Under the pieces are notes generated by a model. The model was not told the origin of the DNA, searched no databases, and was given only the letters and a program-made list of their open reading frames with translations. From positions 1 to 64,000 of the forward strand of contig JBBQFH010000011.1 of NCBI GenBank assembly GCA_038321865.1: a DNA stretch of 64,000 bases. The letters are read 5' to 3'. Shown piece after piece: positions 29,024 through 38,690 of the stretch. Numbering within the stretch: position 1 is the stretch's first letter; each line of letters begins with the position of its first letter. A program made the position numbers and the translations under genes. This DNA comes from Gemmatimonadales bacterium. GTDB lineage: Bacteria > Gemmatimonadota > Gemmatimonadetes > Gemmatimonadales > GWC2-71-9.

Positions 29024-29097
29024 CGGCCTCTTGAAGGAGCGGCGTGGCGGGGCCATGTTGGATGCCGGAGCACAACCTTTCGAGCACGGAGGCGGTG

Positions 29098-30213
29098 ATG
29101 AGCGGAGTTCGGGTGCTGGTCGGCACGAGGAAGGGCGGCTTCGTCCTCAGCGCGGACGCGAAGCGAAAGAAGTGGGAGGTCAGCGGGCCGCATTTCGCCG
29201 GCTGGGAGATCTACCACATGAAGGGATCGCCGGTGGATCCGGACCGGCTGTACGCCTCGCAGTGCAGCGGATGGTTCGGCCAGCAGATCCAGCGGTCGGA
29301 TGACGGAGGGAAGAGCTGGGCGCCGGTCGGGAACGAGTTCGCCTACGACGGCGAGACCGGGACGCATCAGTGGTACGACGGCAAGCCGCGTCCCTGGGAG
29401 TTCAAGCGGGTCTGGCACCTGGAACCGTCCCTCACCGATGCGAATACCGTCTACGCCGGCATCGAGGACGCGGCGATCTTTTGCTCGACCGACGCCGGTG
29501 GCTCCTGGCAGGAGATGCCGGGGCTCCGGCGGCACGGCTCGGGACCCGCCTGGCAGCCCGGCGCCGGCGGCATGTGCCTGCACACCATCCTGCTCGATCC
29601 GGTCAATCCGAAGCGGATGTTCATCGCGATCTCCGCGGCCGGCGCATTCCGCACCGACGACGGCGGGGAGACGTGGCGCCCGATCAACCACGGGCTCAAC
29701 TCGAAGTACATTCCCGACCCGACCGCCGAGGTGGGGCACTGCGTGCACCGGATCGCGATGCACCGCACGCGGCCCAACGTGCTGTACATGCAGAAGCACT
29801 GGGACGTGATGCGGAGCGACGACGCCGGTGACTCCTGGCACGAGATCAGCGGCAACCTGCCGACCGATTTCGGCTTTCCGATCGACGTGCACGCCCACGA
29901 GCCGGACACGGTGTACGTAGTCCCGATCAAGAGTGACAGCGAGCATTTCCCGCCCGACGGGAAGTTGCGCGTCTACCGCAGCCGGAGCGGCGGGAACGAG
30001 TGGGAGGCGCTGACCAAGGGGCTTCCCCAGCAGGACTGCTACGTCAACGTCCTCAGGGACGCGATGGCGGTGGACTCACTCGACTCGTGCGGCATCTACT
30101 TCGGGACGACCGGCGGGCAGGTCTACGCCTCGGCCGATTCCGGCGACAACTGGACGCCGATCGTGCGCGACCTGCCGGCGGTGCTGTCGGTCGAGGTGCA
30201 GACGCTCCAATGA
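29098..30213 (+). CDS. BNR/Asp-box beta-propeller (sialidase-like), no signal peptide
   Basis: Asp-boxes [56 protein letters not shown]. Confidence 0.85.
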   Translation: MSGVRVLVGTRKGGFVLSADAKRKKWEVSGPHFAGWEIYHMKGSPVDPDRLYASQCSGWFGQQIQRSDDGGKSWAPVGNEFAYDGETGTHQWYDGKPRPWEFKRVWHLEPSLTDANTVYAGIEDAAIFCSTDAGGSWQEMPGLRRHGSGPAWQPGAGGMCLHTILLDPVNPKRMFIAISAAGAFRTDDGGETWRPINHGLNSKYIPDPTAEVGHCVHRIAMHRTRPNVLYMQKHWDVMRSDDAGDSWHEISGNLPTDFGFPIDVHAHEPDTVYVVPIKSDSEHFPPDGKLRVYRSRSGGNEWEALTKGLPQQDCYVNVLRDAMAVDSLDSCGIYFGTTGGQVYASADSGDNWTPIVRDLPAVLSVEVQTLQ

Positions 30214-30506
30214 TCCGGGTGGAGCTGCCGGAGCACCTGCGCACGCTGGCGCGCGTCGCGGGCGATGTCGATCTCGAAGTGCCGGACCCGGTGACGCAGC
30301 GCTCGGTGCTCGACGCCCTCGAGGCCGCGCATCCGGTGCTTCGCGGGGCGATTCGCGACCACGCCACGCGGAAGCGGCGCGCCTTCATCCGGTTCTTCGG
30401 GTGCGGGCAGGATCTCTCGCATGAGGAGCCGGACGCCCCGCTCCCCGTCGAGATCGCGAGCGGGGCGGAGCCGTTTCTGGTCGTCGGGGCGATCGCGGGG
30501 GGGTGA
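30210..30506 (+). CDS. ThiS/MoaD-family ubiquitin-like protein
   Basis: 98 aa; IRVELP..LR start, C-terminal GAIAGG; ATGA overlap with the BNR gene. Confidence 0.88.
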   Translation: MIRVELPEHLRTLARVAGDVDLEVPDPVTQRSVLDALEAAHPVLRGAIRDHATRKRRAFIRFFGCGQDLSHEEPDAPLPVEIASGAEPFLVVGAIAGG

Positions 30507-30521
30507 CGGCGTTGGCCACCC

Positions 30522-31229
30522 TCAGGGCCTCCGCTGGCGGAGCACCCCCGCCCCCGCGACGCCGGAGAGCCCGGTGGCCATCAGCGCGATCGTCATCGGC
30601 TCCGGGGTAAGCGTCGTGCCGCGGACCGCGAACACGATGTCGTTGAAGTCGTTATCGATGTTGTAGTTGTACGAGTCCTCGAAGCCGACCACAATGTTGT
30701 ACGACGGATCGGTCAGGAGCGTCGCGATGTTGGGCGAGCAATTGGTCGGTGACAGGGCGCAGCCCGCGAGATAGGCCTCACGGGTCCAGACCATGTCGTG
30801 GAACCGGTTGTCCGGATTCCGGCTCGCTGGCCCGCTGTAGTACTGGTTGCCCGAGACGTCGGCTGGGGCAGAAGTACAGCCGGTGCCGGCCGGGGCTGCG
30901 CCGAGGTTGGCACAGATCGAAAAGATGGCCTCAGCTCCGATGGCCAGCGCGGAGGAGGTAGTGGCTTCGACGACCGTTCCTTCCGCCGTGGTGTTCCGCA
31001 GCAGAAACTGCCCGGCTCCGGGCAGCGTCAGATAGTAATACAGGTCGTTTACGTAACGTGCCTGCTTTCCCACGAACTTCACGAAGATGTTGTCGGTGCC
31101 CGACTTGTATACGCTGGCGCCGAGCGACCCGCCGACAACGGCGGTACCGTCGGCATGGGCGGCCGGTGCGGCCAGCCCGCCAAGTACCGCGATGAGGGCG
31201 GCGATTCGTCCTGGTAAGTGTCTGTTGAT
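30522..31229 (-). CDS. PEP-CTERM sorting-domain surface protein (DUF4114-like segment)
   Basis: C-terminal TPEP-MTIALMATGLSGVAGAGVL-RQRRP; VGFED..DNDFNDIVF; signal peptide ending AHA. Start ATC 31229 after GGAGGA, or ATG 31292. Confidence 0.8.
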   Translation of the reverse strand: MNRHLPGRIAALIAVLGGLAAPAAHADGTAVVGGSLGASVYKSGTDNIFVKFVGKQARYVNDLYYYLTLPGAGQFLLRNTTAEGTVVEATTSSALAIGAEAIFSICANLGAAPAGTGCTSAPADVSGNQYYSGPASRNPDNRFHDMVWTREAYLAGCALSPTNCSPNIATLLTDPSYNIVVGFEDSYNYNIDNDFNDIVFAVRGTTLTPEPMTIALMATGLSGVAGAGVLRQRRP

Positions 31230-31447
31230 GCTGATCCTCCAGATCGCGATCCCGACGGAGTTGACGACGACAAGCGCACATGCGGGACGCATGCGCCTGT
31301 TCAATTGCTGACTAGGAGTGCAATTATTGTTCGGGCTGCTGCATCGTACGGTTGCGGGCCGGATCACACAAGAGGCGTCGGCCGTTAACGAGGGTATGTG
31401 GCCGACGTCTTGCACCCCGGGCCGGTTTCCACCCACTGAGACCAGGT

Positions 31448-32677
31448 ATGACCATCGCGATCTTCGGGGCCGGTATCCTCGGCAGCTGTACGGCGTTAGA
31501 ACTTGCCGACCGGGGGCACCGGGTCGTGTTGTTCGAGCGCAACGCGGAACCGATGGCAGAGGCGAGCCGCCACAACGAGGGCAAGCTGCACCTCGGGTTC
31601 GTCTACGCTGCCGATCCGTCGTTCCGCACCGCCGAGCGCATGATTGCGGGCGCAGCCCGGTTTACCGACGTGCTGGCGCGCTGGGTGCCGGGTGACGCGC
31701 TCCGGGCGGTGCGGGCGGGGCCGTTCGACTACGTAGTCCACCGGGAGACGATGGTCAGCCCCGCCGGCATCGAGGCGCACTTCGGCCGGGTCGGGCGGCG
31801 ACTCGCCGAGCTGCAGGATCAGCAATCGCTCTCGGGCGCGTTGAGCACGGACCGCCCGTTCTGGCGTCCGCTCGGGAGCAACGAGCTCGCCGCGCGCTAC
31901 GACCCCGCGCAGGTGATCGCCGCTTACGAGACCTGTGAGATCGCCGTGGACACCTGGGCGATCGCCGATTTTCTGCGCGCCGCCGTCGCGGGCCATCCGC
32001 GGATCGAGCTGCGCACCGGCACCCGGGTGATCCGGGCGGAAGACCGTGCAGGCGGCGGCTTCGATGTCGTCTCGGCGGGCGAACGGCGCTCGGGGCCGTT
32101 CGCGGCCATCGTCAACGCATCGTGGGCCAACCGTCCCGCCATCGATCAGCGCTACGGCATCGCGCCGCGCGGCCAGTGGATCAACCGCCGCAAGCTCGGG
32201 GTGAATCTCATGCACACCGGCGCGGCCGACGCGGTCCCCAGCTTCACGATCATGCTGGGCTGCTTCGGCGATGTCGTCGCCTACCAGAATGGGCGCGTGT
32301 ATCTGTCCTGGTACCCGACGTGCATGATCGGACGGAGCACGGGCATCGAGGAGACCGATTGGGCCGCCGTCATGCGCGAGGTGGACCAGGCCGCAATCCG
32401 CGCGGCGACTGTCGCGGCACTCGGCGAGATCTGCCCGGCGGTCGGGCGGCTCGCCACGGGCGCGTCGGGCGGTGCCATCGTGAACGGAGGGAGCATCTAC
32501 GCGCTCGGCCGCACCGACATCGATGACCCGTCAAGCCAGCTGCATGAGCGGCTGGACACCGGCATCGAAGGCCGGGGCGCCTACCTGTCGGTCGACACAT
32601 CGAAGTTCACGCTGGGCCCGGCGCTCGCGCTGGCAACGGCCGACCGCATCGCGGCGGTCGCCGCCGTCGCGGCCTGA
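31448..32677 (+). CDS. FAD-dependent oxidoreductase (DAO-like)
   Basis: IAIFGAGILG...VVLFE dinucleotide fold; ASRHNEGKLHLGFVY. Confidence 0.82.
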   Translation: MTIAIFGAGILGSCTALELADRGHRVVLFERNAEPMAEASRHNEGKLHLGFVYAADPSFRTAERMIAGAARFTDVLARWVPGDALRAVRAGPFDYVVHRETMVSPAGIEAHFGRVGRRLAELQDQQSLSGALSTDRPFWRPLGSNELAARYDPAQVIAAYETCEIAVDTWAIADFLRAAVAGHPRIELRTGTRVIRAEDRAGGGFDVVSAGERRSGPFAAIVNASWANRPAIDQRYGIAPRGQWINRRKLGVNLMHTGAADAVPSFTIMLGCFGDVVAYQNGRVYLSWYPTCMIGRSTGIEETDWAAVMREVDQAAIRAATVAALGEICPAVGRLATGASGGAIVNGGSIYALGRTDIDDPSSQLHERLDTGIEGRGAYLSVDTSKFTLGPALALATADRIAAVAAVAA

Positions 32678-32679
32678 GC

Positions 32680-33705
32680 ATGGCCGAAGTCACGGTCTGC
32701 ATCCCGGTCTATCAGGGGGCGGGATTCGTCGCCGAGACGGTGGCGAGCATCGCGGCGCAGCGGTTTCACGACTTCAGGATTCTCGCATCACTCGACCGCG
32801 GCACCGACGATTCGGAGACGGTGCTCCGTCGCTCCTTGCCGGCCGGACGCAGTGAGCTGATCGTCCAGCCCAGCCGCATCGGATGGGTGGCGAATGCCAA
32901 TGCGCTGATCGAGCGCGTGGAGACGCCGTACTTCTGCATCATCCCGCACGACGACCTGCTCGATCCTCGCTATCTGGATGAGGTCCACGCGCTCGCGGCC
33001 TCCGATCCGGGCATCGCCTGCGCCTACTCCGACATCAGGGGCTTCGGCGCCGTGACGCGGCGGGTCGGCCAGCCGGACGTCCGTGGGGGAAGGCTCGACC
33101 GGCTGGCCGACGTTGTCCTGAACCATTTCGGCGCCGTCGCCTTTCGCGGGCTGGTGCGCCGCGGGACCGCGGACGACCGGCCACTTATTCCGACCGGACT
33201 GCGGCGCGACTACGCGGCGGACACGGTCTGGATGCTTCGCCTGGCGCAGCGCGGCGAGCTGCGCCGGGTCGCGGCGACGCTGTACGCGAAGCGCTATCAT
33301 GCCGAGACCGTGCACGCCGGCTGGTCGCGCTGGTCACGTGAGGAACTGTGCCTGCTGTGGGCGGAGCAGGCCGCGGCATGCGCGCGGATCGCGCTCGAGG
33401 GACTGGACGACCCGGAGGACCGCGCGATCATTCTCGCGGCCGCCATCATGCGGTTGGCGGGCGTCGGAAACGCAGCACCTGGCTACCCCCCGCCACACAC
33501 CCCGCTCGAGGTCGCCTCCGCCACTGCGGCATTCGGCGCGGCGCTCGGCGTCACCGAGCCGCCGCCCGCGCTGGAGCAGGTGCTCCGCCTCCCGCGCGCA
33601 CGGCTGCTGCGAGAAGCCACCGCGGCCGCCCGCATCCGGGATGACGACTATCCGCTGGTTCACCGTTTGTGGTGGAGTCTGCTCTACCGGCTGAGCCGCC
33701 GCTGA
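32680..33705 (+). CDS. Glycosyltransferase family 2
   Basis: VTVCIPVYQG, GWVANAN, PHDDL (xDD). Confidence 0.85.
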   Translation: MAEVTVCIPVYQGAGFVAETVASIAAQRFHDFRILASLDRGTDDSETVLRRSLPAGRSELIVQPSRIGWVANANALIERVETPYFCIIPHDDLLDPRYLDEVHALAASDPGIACAYSDIRGFGAVTRRVGQPDVRGGRLDRLADVVLNHFGAVAFRGLVRRGTADDRPLIPTGLRRDYAADTVWMLRLAQRGELRRVAATLYAKRYHAETVHAGWSRWSREELCLLWAEQAAACARIALEGLDDPEDRAIILAAAIMRLAGVGNAAPGYPPPHTPLEVASATAAFGAALGVTEPPPALEQVLRLPRARLLREATAAARIRDDDYPLVHRLWWSLLYRLSRR

Positions 33706-33718
33706 AGAAGCGGCCGGC

Positions 33719-35116
33719 TCAGGCCGCCAGCTTGTTGGCCGCGTTGAGCGCCGCGACCTTGTAACACTCCGCCAGGGTGGGGTAGTTGAACACCGTGTCG
33801 AGGAAGTAGTCGAGCCCGCCGCCCAATCCCATCACCGCCTGGCCGATGTGCACCAGCTCGGTCGCCCCCGTCCCGATGATGTGCACGCCGAGGAGGCGGT
33901 GGGTCTGGCGGTGGAAGAGCATCTTGAACAGCCCGCTGTCGTCCCCCAGAATCTGGCCCCGGGCGATCTCCCGGTAGCGGGCGACGCCGGTCTCGTACGG
34001 CACCTTCGCCGCGGTGAGCTCGCGCTCGGTCGCGCCGACCATGGAGATCTCGGGGATGGCATAGATGCCGATCGGAAAGTGATCGGCCATCGGGCGCGCC
34101 GGCACGCCCATCGCGACGCACGCCGCCTGGCGCCCCTGTTCGCTCGAGGTGGCGGCGAGGCTGGGATAGCCGATGACGTCGCCCGCGGCGAAGATCGTCG
34201 GGACGGCGGTGCGGAAGCTCGCGTCGACGCTGAGGCGCCCGCGGTCGTCGGCCGACAGGCCGGCGGCAGCGAGATTCAGGTCGTCCGTCGCCCCCATGCG
34301 CCCCACCGAGAAGAGCGCCATCTCGGAGACGATCCGCTTGCCGGACTCGAGCATGACCGAGACCCGGCGCGGCGGGCCGTCCATGATCTCGACGCCCGCG
34401 ACCGCTTCGTTCGGCCGGAAGGTCACGTTGCGCTGGCGCAGCTGGTGGATCAGCTCGTCCACGATCTCGTCGTCGAGGAACTCGAGCGGGCGAGGCCGCC
34501 GTTCGACCAGCGTCACCTCGACGCCGAGCGCCGCGAACATCGATGCGTACTCGATGCCGATGACGCCGGCGCCGACCACCGCCAGTGTCCTGGGCAGGCG
34601 CTCCATGTTGATGATGTCGTCACTGGTGACGATCAGCGCCCCGTCGCTCGATTCGGGAAGCACCGGGCGTGTCCCGACGGCGAGGAGGACGTTGTCCGCC
34701 GTCACTTCCCGGACCATTCCGTCCGAGCGCACGACCAGGGTGTGGGCATCGCGGAACGAGGCCTCACCGGCAATGATGTCCACGCCGTTCCGGCGGAGCT
34801 GGTTGTCGATCACCCCGCATTCGCGGGCGACGACCGCCGCCACCCGATGCAACAGCAGCTGGGCGGTCGGCCGGCTGGCGGGAGGAAGGGTGCCGACGGT
34901 CTCGAACGGGCGGGCGGCTGCGGTGCAGGACAGCACCGCTTCGCGAAACGTCTTGCTGGGGATGGTACCGGTGCCGACGCAGACGCCGCCCATGGTGCGC
35001 CGTTTTTCGATCAGCCCCACGCGGCGCCCCAGCTTGGCCGCCTGCACCGCGCCGCGCTGGCCCGCCGGACCGCTGCCGATGCAGACGAGGTCGTACTGGT
35101 GAGCAGGTTCCGTCAC
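33719..35116 (-). CDS. sthA: Soluble pyridine nucleotide transhydrogenase
   Basis: IGSGPAG, GGVCVGTGTIPSK, GAGVIGIEYAS, VFNYPTLAECYKVAA; GTG start 35116 after GGAG. Confidence 0.93.
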   Translation of the reverse strand: MTEPAHQYDLVCIGSGPAGQRGAVQAAKLGRRVGLIEKRRTMGGVCVGTGTIPSKTFREAVLSCTAAARPFETVGTLPPASRPTAQLLLHRVAAVVARECGVIDNQLRRNGVDIIAGEASFRDAHTLVVRSDGMVREVTADNVLLAVGTRPVLPESSDGALIVTSDDIINMERLPRTLAVVGAGVIGIEYASMFAALGVEVTLVERRPRPLEFLDDEIVDELIHQLRQRNVTFRPNEAVAGVEIMDGPPRRVSVMLESGKRIVSEMALFSVGRMGATDDLNLAAAGLSADDRGRLSVDASFRTAVPTIFAAGDVIGYPSLAATSSEQGRQAACVAMGVPARPMADHFPIGIYAIPEISMVGATERELTAAKVPYETGVARYREIARGQILGDDSGLFKMLFHRQTHRLLGVHIIGTGATELVHIGQAVMGLGGGLDYFLDTVFNYPTLAECYKVAALNAANKLAA

Positions 35117-35234
35117 GAGCGCTCCGGGAAGTAGAGGCCGGCCTGAGTGACGAATATACGCCCGCCCCGCTTGCGCGCGCCGCGCTCCCGCGGGAAGTTG
35201 CGGAGCGGCAATCCCCCTTTCCGGAAGGTGTCCG

Positions 35235-35819
35235 ATGCGCCATGCGACGTTCCCGGCGGTCATGCTGCTCGTTTCCGCGCTCACGCCCGCGCGGGCCCAC
35301 GCGCAGGAGCGTACTCCAGCCTGGCAGATCGCGGCGGCGGTGCTGCCGCTGCCGGACAGCATGCGCGCCGGCGCCCGCGTCATGGGGTACAGCGGCGGCA
35401 AGCTGACGGAGCTCAGGGCCGGGCGGAACGAGATGACCTGCCTGAGCGACGATCCGGCCCAGAAGGGATTCCAGGCATCCTGCTATCACCGCTCGCTCGA
35501 GGCGTTCATGGCGCGGGGACGGTCGCTCCGGGCCGCCGGCGTGAAGGAACGCCATGCCGTCGATTCGGTCCGGCTGGCGGAGATCAAGCGTGGCCGGCTG
35601 GCGATGCCGAAGACGCCTGCCACCCTCTACTCGCTCTTCTCCGATGCCGACAGCTTCGATGCGCTGGCCGGGCCGCCGCCGGGGCAGCGGGCGCTCATCG
35701 TGATCTACACGCCGTACGCCACGACGGCCTCATCGGGCCTCTCCACGATTCCGGCGGCCGGCCGTCCCTTCCTCATGTATCCCGGGATGCCCTGGGCTCA
35801 CGTGATGATTCAGCCCTGA
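35235..35819 (+). CDS. Secreted hypothetical protein
   Basis: Signal peptide (AHA-Q); MTCLSDDP and ASCYH Cys pair. Confidence 0.65.
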   Translation: MRHATFPAVMLLVSALTPARAHAQERTPAWQIAAAVLPLPDSMRAGARVMGYSGGKLTELRAGRNEMTCLSDDPAQKGFQASCYHRSLEAFMARGRSLRAAGVKERHAVDSVRLAEIKRGRLAMPKTPATLYSLFSDADSFDALAGPPPGQRALIVIYTPYATTASSGLSTIPAAGRPFLMYPGMPWAHVMIQP

Positions 35820-35822
35820 GTC

Positions 35823-37142
35823 TCAGCCGCCGGTCTCGAGCGAATCGAGCATCCGCCGGGCGATGGGCGCCTGCACGGGATCGAATCGGGGATTGAGCGA
35901 AAAGGCGCGGCCGAGCCAGGTACGGGCGCGGCCGCGGTCCCCGGCGGCCCGCGCGATCGCGCCGGCATGATAGAACAGAGTCGCGTCCTGGGTACCCCGC
36001 CCGAGGGCGCCGGCCATCATGCGGTCGGCCTCGGCGAAGCGGCCCTGCCGGTAGAGTGCCCAGGCGAGCAGGTCGTATCCGTAGACGTCGCGTCGCGACT
36101 CGAGCTCGGTACGCGCGGCGGCCACTACGTCATCCACCCGGCGGTTGTGATCCAGCAGGAAGAGACTCCAGGCCCGATGGTAGGCGCCGGGCTGCTGTGA
36201 CACCGACACTTCCATCGTCCGATAGTAGTCCTCGGCCTTTCCGTGGTCGCCCAGCGCGGCCCAGGCGTCGCCGATGATGCCGAGCGTGGCGGGATCCAGC
36301 GCCGTCTCGACGGAGCGATCGCCGTAGGCGATGGCGTCGCGCCACTCCGAGCGGAGCCAGGCCAGTCGCGCGAGCGCCGCGAGCACCCGGTGATCGTCGG
36401 GCGAGATCGCCAGCCCGGCCAGGAGGGCATGCTCCGCCGCGTCCAGGTGTCCGAGGCGCATCTCGAAGTCGCCGACGCGGAGTCGGAACCAGGCGGCCTG
36501 TTCCCTCGGGAGGCCGTCGAGCGAATCAGCGGCGTGCATCGCACCGTAGAACAGGCGCCGCGCCACGGCCGTGTCTCCGCGCAGCTCGGCCCACCGGGCC
36601 AGCCGCGGCCAGGAACCGAGCGTCGTCTTGCCGCGGCGGACGGACACGAACGCGGAGTCGGCGTCGCGGTAGTTGCCGAGCTCGAGGTCGATCTCGCCCA
36701 GCATCGCGCGGTAGCTCGGCTCCTGCGGCTCCAGACGGATGAGCTGCTGCGCGGCGGCGCGGGCCTCGACGAACCGGTGCTCCGAGAGCAGCGCCGAGGC
36801 GAGGGTCGCGTAGGTGTAATCGTTGTGGGCGAGCCGGAGCTCGATGGATCGACGCGCCAGCGATTCGGCGCGCAGGACGTCGGTGTAGTTGCCGGTCTGC
36901 CGGGAGCGTTGCAGGTAGAGGGTCGCCAGCATGGCACGGTCGGAGGCTCCGATCGAGTCCTCCGCGGCGCGGCGTTCGTAGAAGGCGATATCCTTGTCGC
37001 GCCGGATCCCTTCGTCGGCGATGTCGGCTTTCGCGGCTTCGATCGCCCGGCTCCGCTCCGCGGCCGAGACCGTCCGCGCCGTCCAGATGATCCCGCCCGC
37101 CATGGCGACCGCGATCATCCCCGCCTTCACGTTGCGATGCAT
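35823..37142 (-). CDS. TPR-repeat protein with N-terminal anchor
   Basis: Ala-rich helical repeats; RRDVYGYDLLAWALY and LFYHAG as seen in DUF4331-associated TPR proteins. Confidence 0.8.
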   Translation of the reverse strand: MHRNVKAGMIAVAMAGGIIWTARTVSAAERSRAIEAAKADIADEGIRRDKDIAFYERRAAEDSIGASDRAMLATLYLQRSRQTGNYTDVLRAESLARRSIELRLAHNDYTYATLASALLSEHRFVEARAAAQQLIRLEPQEPSYRAMLGEIDLELGNYRDADSAFVSVRRGKTTLGSWPRLARWAELRGDTAVARRLFYGAMHAADSLDGLPREQAAWFRLRVGDFEMRLGHLDAAEHALLAGLAISPDDHRVLAALARLAWLRSEWRDAIAYGDRSVETALDPATLGIIGDAWAALGDHGKAEDYYRTMEVSVSQQPGAYHRAWSLFLLDHNRRVDDVVAAARTELESRRDVYGYDLLAWALYRQGRFAEADRMMAGALGRGTQDATLFYHAGAIARAAGDRGRARTWLGRAFSLNPRFDPVQAPIARRMLDSLETGG

Positions 37143-37210
37143 CGTCAGCTCCCGGAACGCGTGCCGCCGGGCCCGCCCTCGAGGCGAACCCGGCGGTCAC
37201 GCTGCGTGGA

Positions 37211-37792
37211 TCAGGTGTGCGGTACCGCCAGGTACGGGAACGTGCCCTGGAACCCGACGTCGTTGGTGTTCACGTTGTCGGTGCAGAGCGGGAGCGCGAA
37301 CGGCGCGCAGAAGGCGCCTTCCGGCTCCAGCAGCGAGCTGAAGATCGCGCTCAGCCCGATGTCCACGACATCGTCGGTCAGCTTCCGGCCGCCCCACCCG
37401 TCGTGCAGCGCCCACGAGAGCCAGCCCGCGGTCGCCGGATTCTTGGCGGTGTTGACGACCAGGATATCCGGGTAGAGCACGCTGCCCAGCGTGGCGGCCA
37501 GCGACTGCGGCCGGCCGAAGCTGGTGACGAACGCCGCGGTCTGCGGCAGGAACGTCGCCGTGTTGTACGGCTGCGTCCGGTTGTACTGGTCGTGATTCGC
37601 CTTGACGATCGTGACTTCGCTCACGAGCGGGTTGCCGAGGAACTCGACCTGCTCGTACACGGCGCCGTCATCGGACCCCGTCGAGACATCCGGCGCGAGC
37701 GACGCGCTCTGGTCTGCGCCGTCGGCGCATCCGGCCGCCACGAGCGCGAACGCCAGCGCCGCGGCTCCGGCCCAACTCTTCTGCTTCCACAT
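37211..37792 (-). CDS. DUF4331-family lipoprotein (C-terminal half)
   Basis: Lipobox VAAGC; QVEFLGNPLVSE, GRKLTDDVVDIGL, FPYLAVPH; SD AGGAG. Confidence 0.78.
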   Translation of the reverse strand: MWKQKSWAGAAALAFALVAAGCADGADQSASLAPDVSTGSDDGAVYEQVEFLGNPLVSEVTIVKANHDQYNRTQPYNTATFLPQTAAFVTSFGRPQSLAATLGSVLYPDILVVNTAKNPATAGWLSWALHDGWGGRKLTDDVVDIGLSAIFSSLLEPEGAFCAPFALPLCTDNVNTNDVGFQGTFPYLAVPHT

Positions 37793-37833
37793 ATGTGTTG
37801 CTCCTTGGCCTGTTGAGTATTCGGAAGCGGTGG

Positions 37834-38586
37834 TCAGCTGCCGCGGCGGCGGCTGGCGGTGCCCCACACGCCGAAGCGCGGGCGCGAGCCGTTTTCGGTC
37901 AGCATCGCGGTCGGGACCTCGATCACGATGGCGAGATCGTTGATGCCCCTGAGGAAGTCGACCGCTTCACCCGGCGCGCGAAACGACGTGGCCGTCGGCG
38001 TCGAGGGAATCAGCGACAGCGGTCCGGTCTCGGGCTTGCGGTCCGGGATGATGCGGAAGAACTGCTCGAGGTCGATGAAGAACGGATCGTCGCGCGGGCC
38101 GGCGAACAGCTGGACGCCGGTGGCCGAACCGAGGACCTGGCGGGTGGGGCCGGCGAGCTCGCGCTTGCCGTTGATGAGCGTGTTGCTGGTGCCGGTCTCC
38201 CGCGGGACGGAAGGCCCCTGCAGGCTCACGCGCTGATTCTTGGCGTTTCCGGTGAAGGTGACCTGGAACACCAGATCCTCCACCGCGTCCCCCGTATTGT
38301 CGATCTTGAGCTGGTAGAGCACTTCGTGCTTGTCGCCGAATGCCCGGGTCGGCGTCTGCGCCGGCGTCACCGGCGACTCGGTGCCCAGCACCAGGACGGT
38401 ACGGCCCGGCGTGGCGGCGGGAAAGGCATAGACATCGTTCACGTCGAACTGCGGATTGAGCTCGACGAGCGGCGTGTCCTGGTGGTCGGACGCCATGACG
38501 GTCCCGACCGCGACGATGGTCGCCGCGAGCCCGAAGGCCGCCAGCGTGGGCACGAGTCGCGCGCGCCCCAAACTCCAATGGTTCAT
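37834..38586 (-). CDS. DUF4331-family secreted protein (N-terminal half)
   Basis: Signal peptide then ASDHQDTP, DVNDVYAF, YQLKIDNTGD, FAGPRDDPFFIDL, GVWGTAS. Confidence 0.8.
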   Translation of the reverse strand: MNHWSLGRARLVPTLAAFGLAATIVAVGTVMASDHQDTPLVELNPQFDVNDVYAFPAATPGRTVLVLGTESPVTPAQTPTRAFGDKHEVLYQLKIDNTGDAVEDLVFQVTFTGNAKNQRVSLQGPSVPRETGTSNTLINGKRELAGPTRQVLGSATGVQLFAGPRDDPFFIDLEQFFRIIPDRKPETGPLSLIPSTPTATSFRAPGEAVDFLRGINDLAIVIEVPTAMLTENGSRPRFGVWGTASRRRGS

Positions 38587-38690
38587 AACTGTCCCCCGGC
38601 GATGAAGAATCCATGCCGCGGCGGGAGCCGCGGCCTGGGTGGTGCCGAGGGTATTACGCGGGAGATGCCGGGTCGGATTGGACCCGGGAT

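Noticed and set aside
30210..30506. Ubl as part of a Moco/thiamine operon or a Bil/CBASS-type defence system
   Set aside because: No moaE, moeB, thiG, E2 or JAB genes in the window.
37793..37833. DUF4331 pair as a frameshifted pseudogene
   Set aside because: The second ORF has its own SD and lipoprotein signal peptide, which argues for two functional genes.
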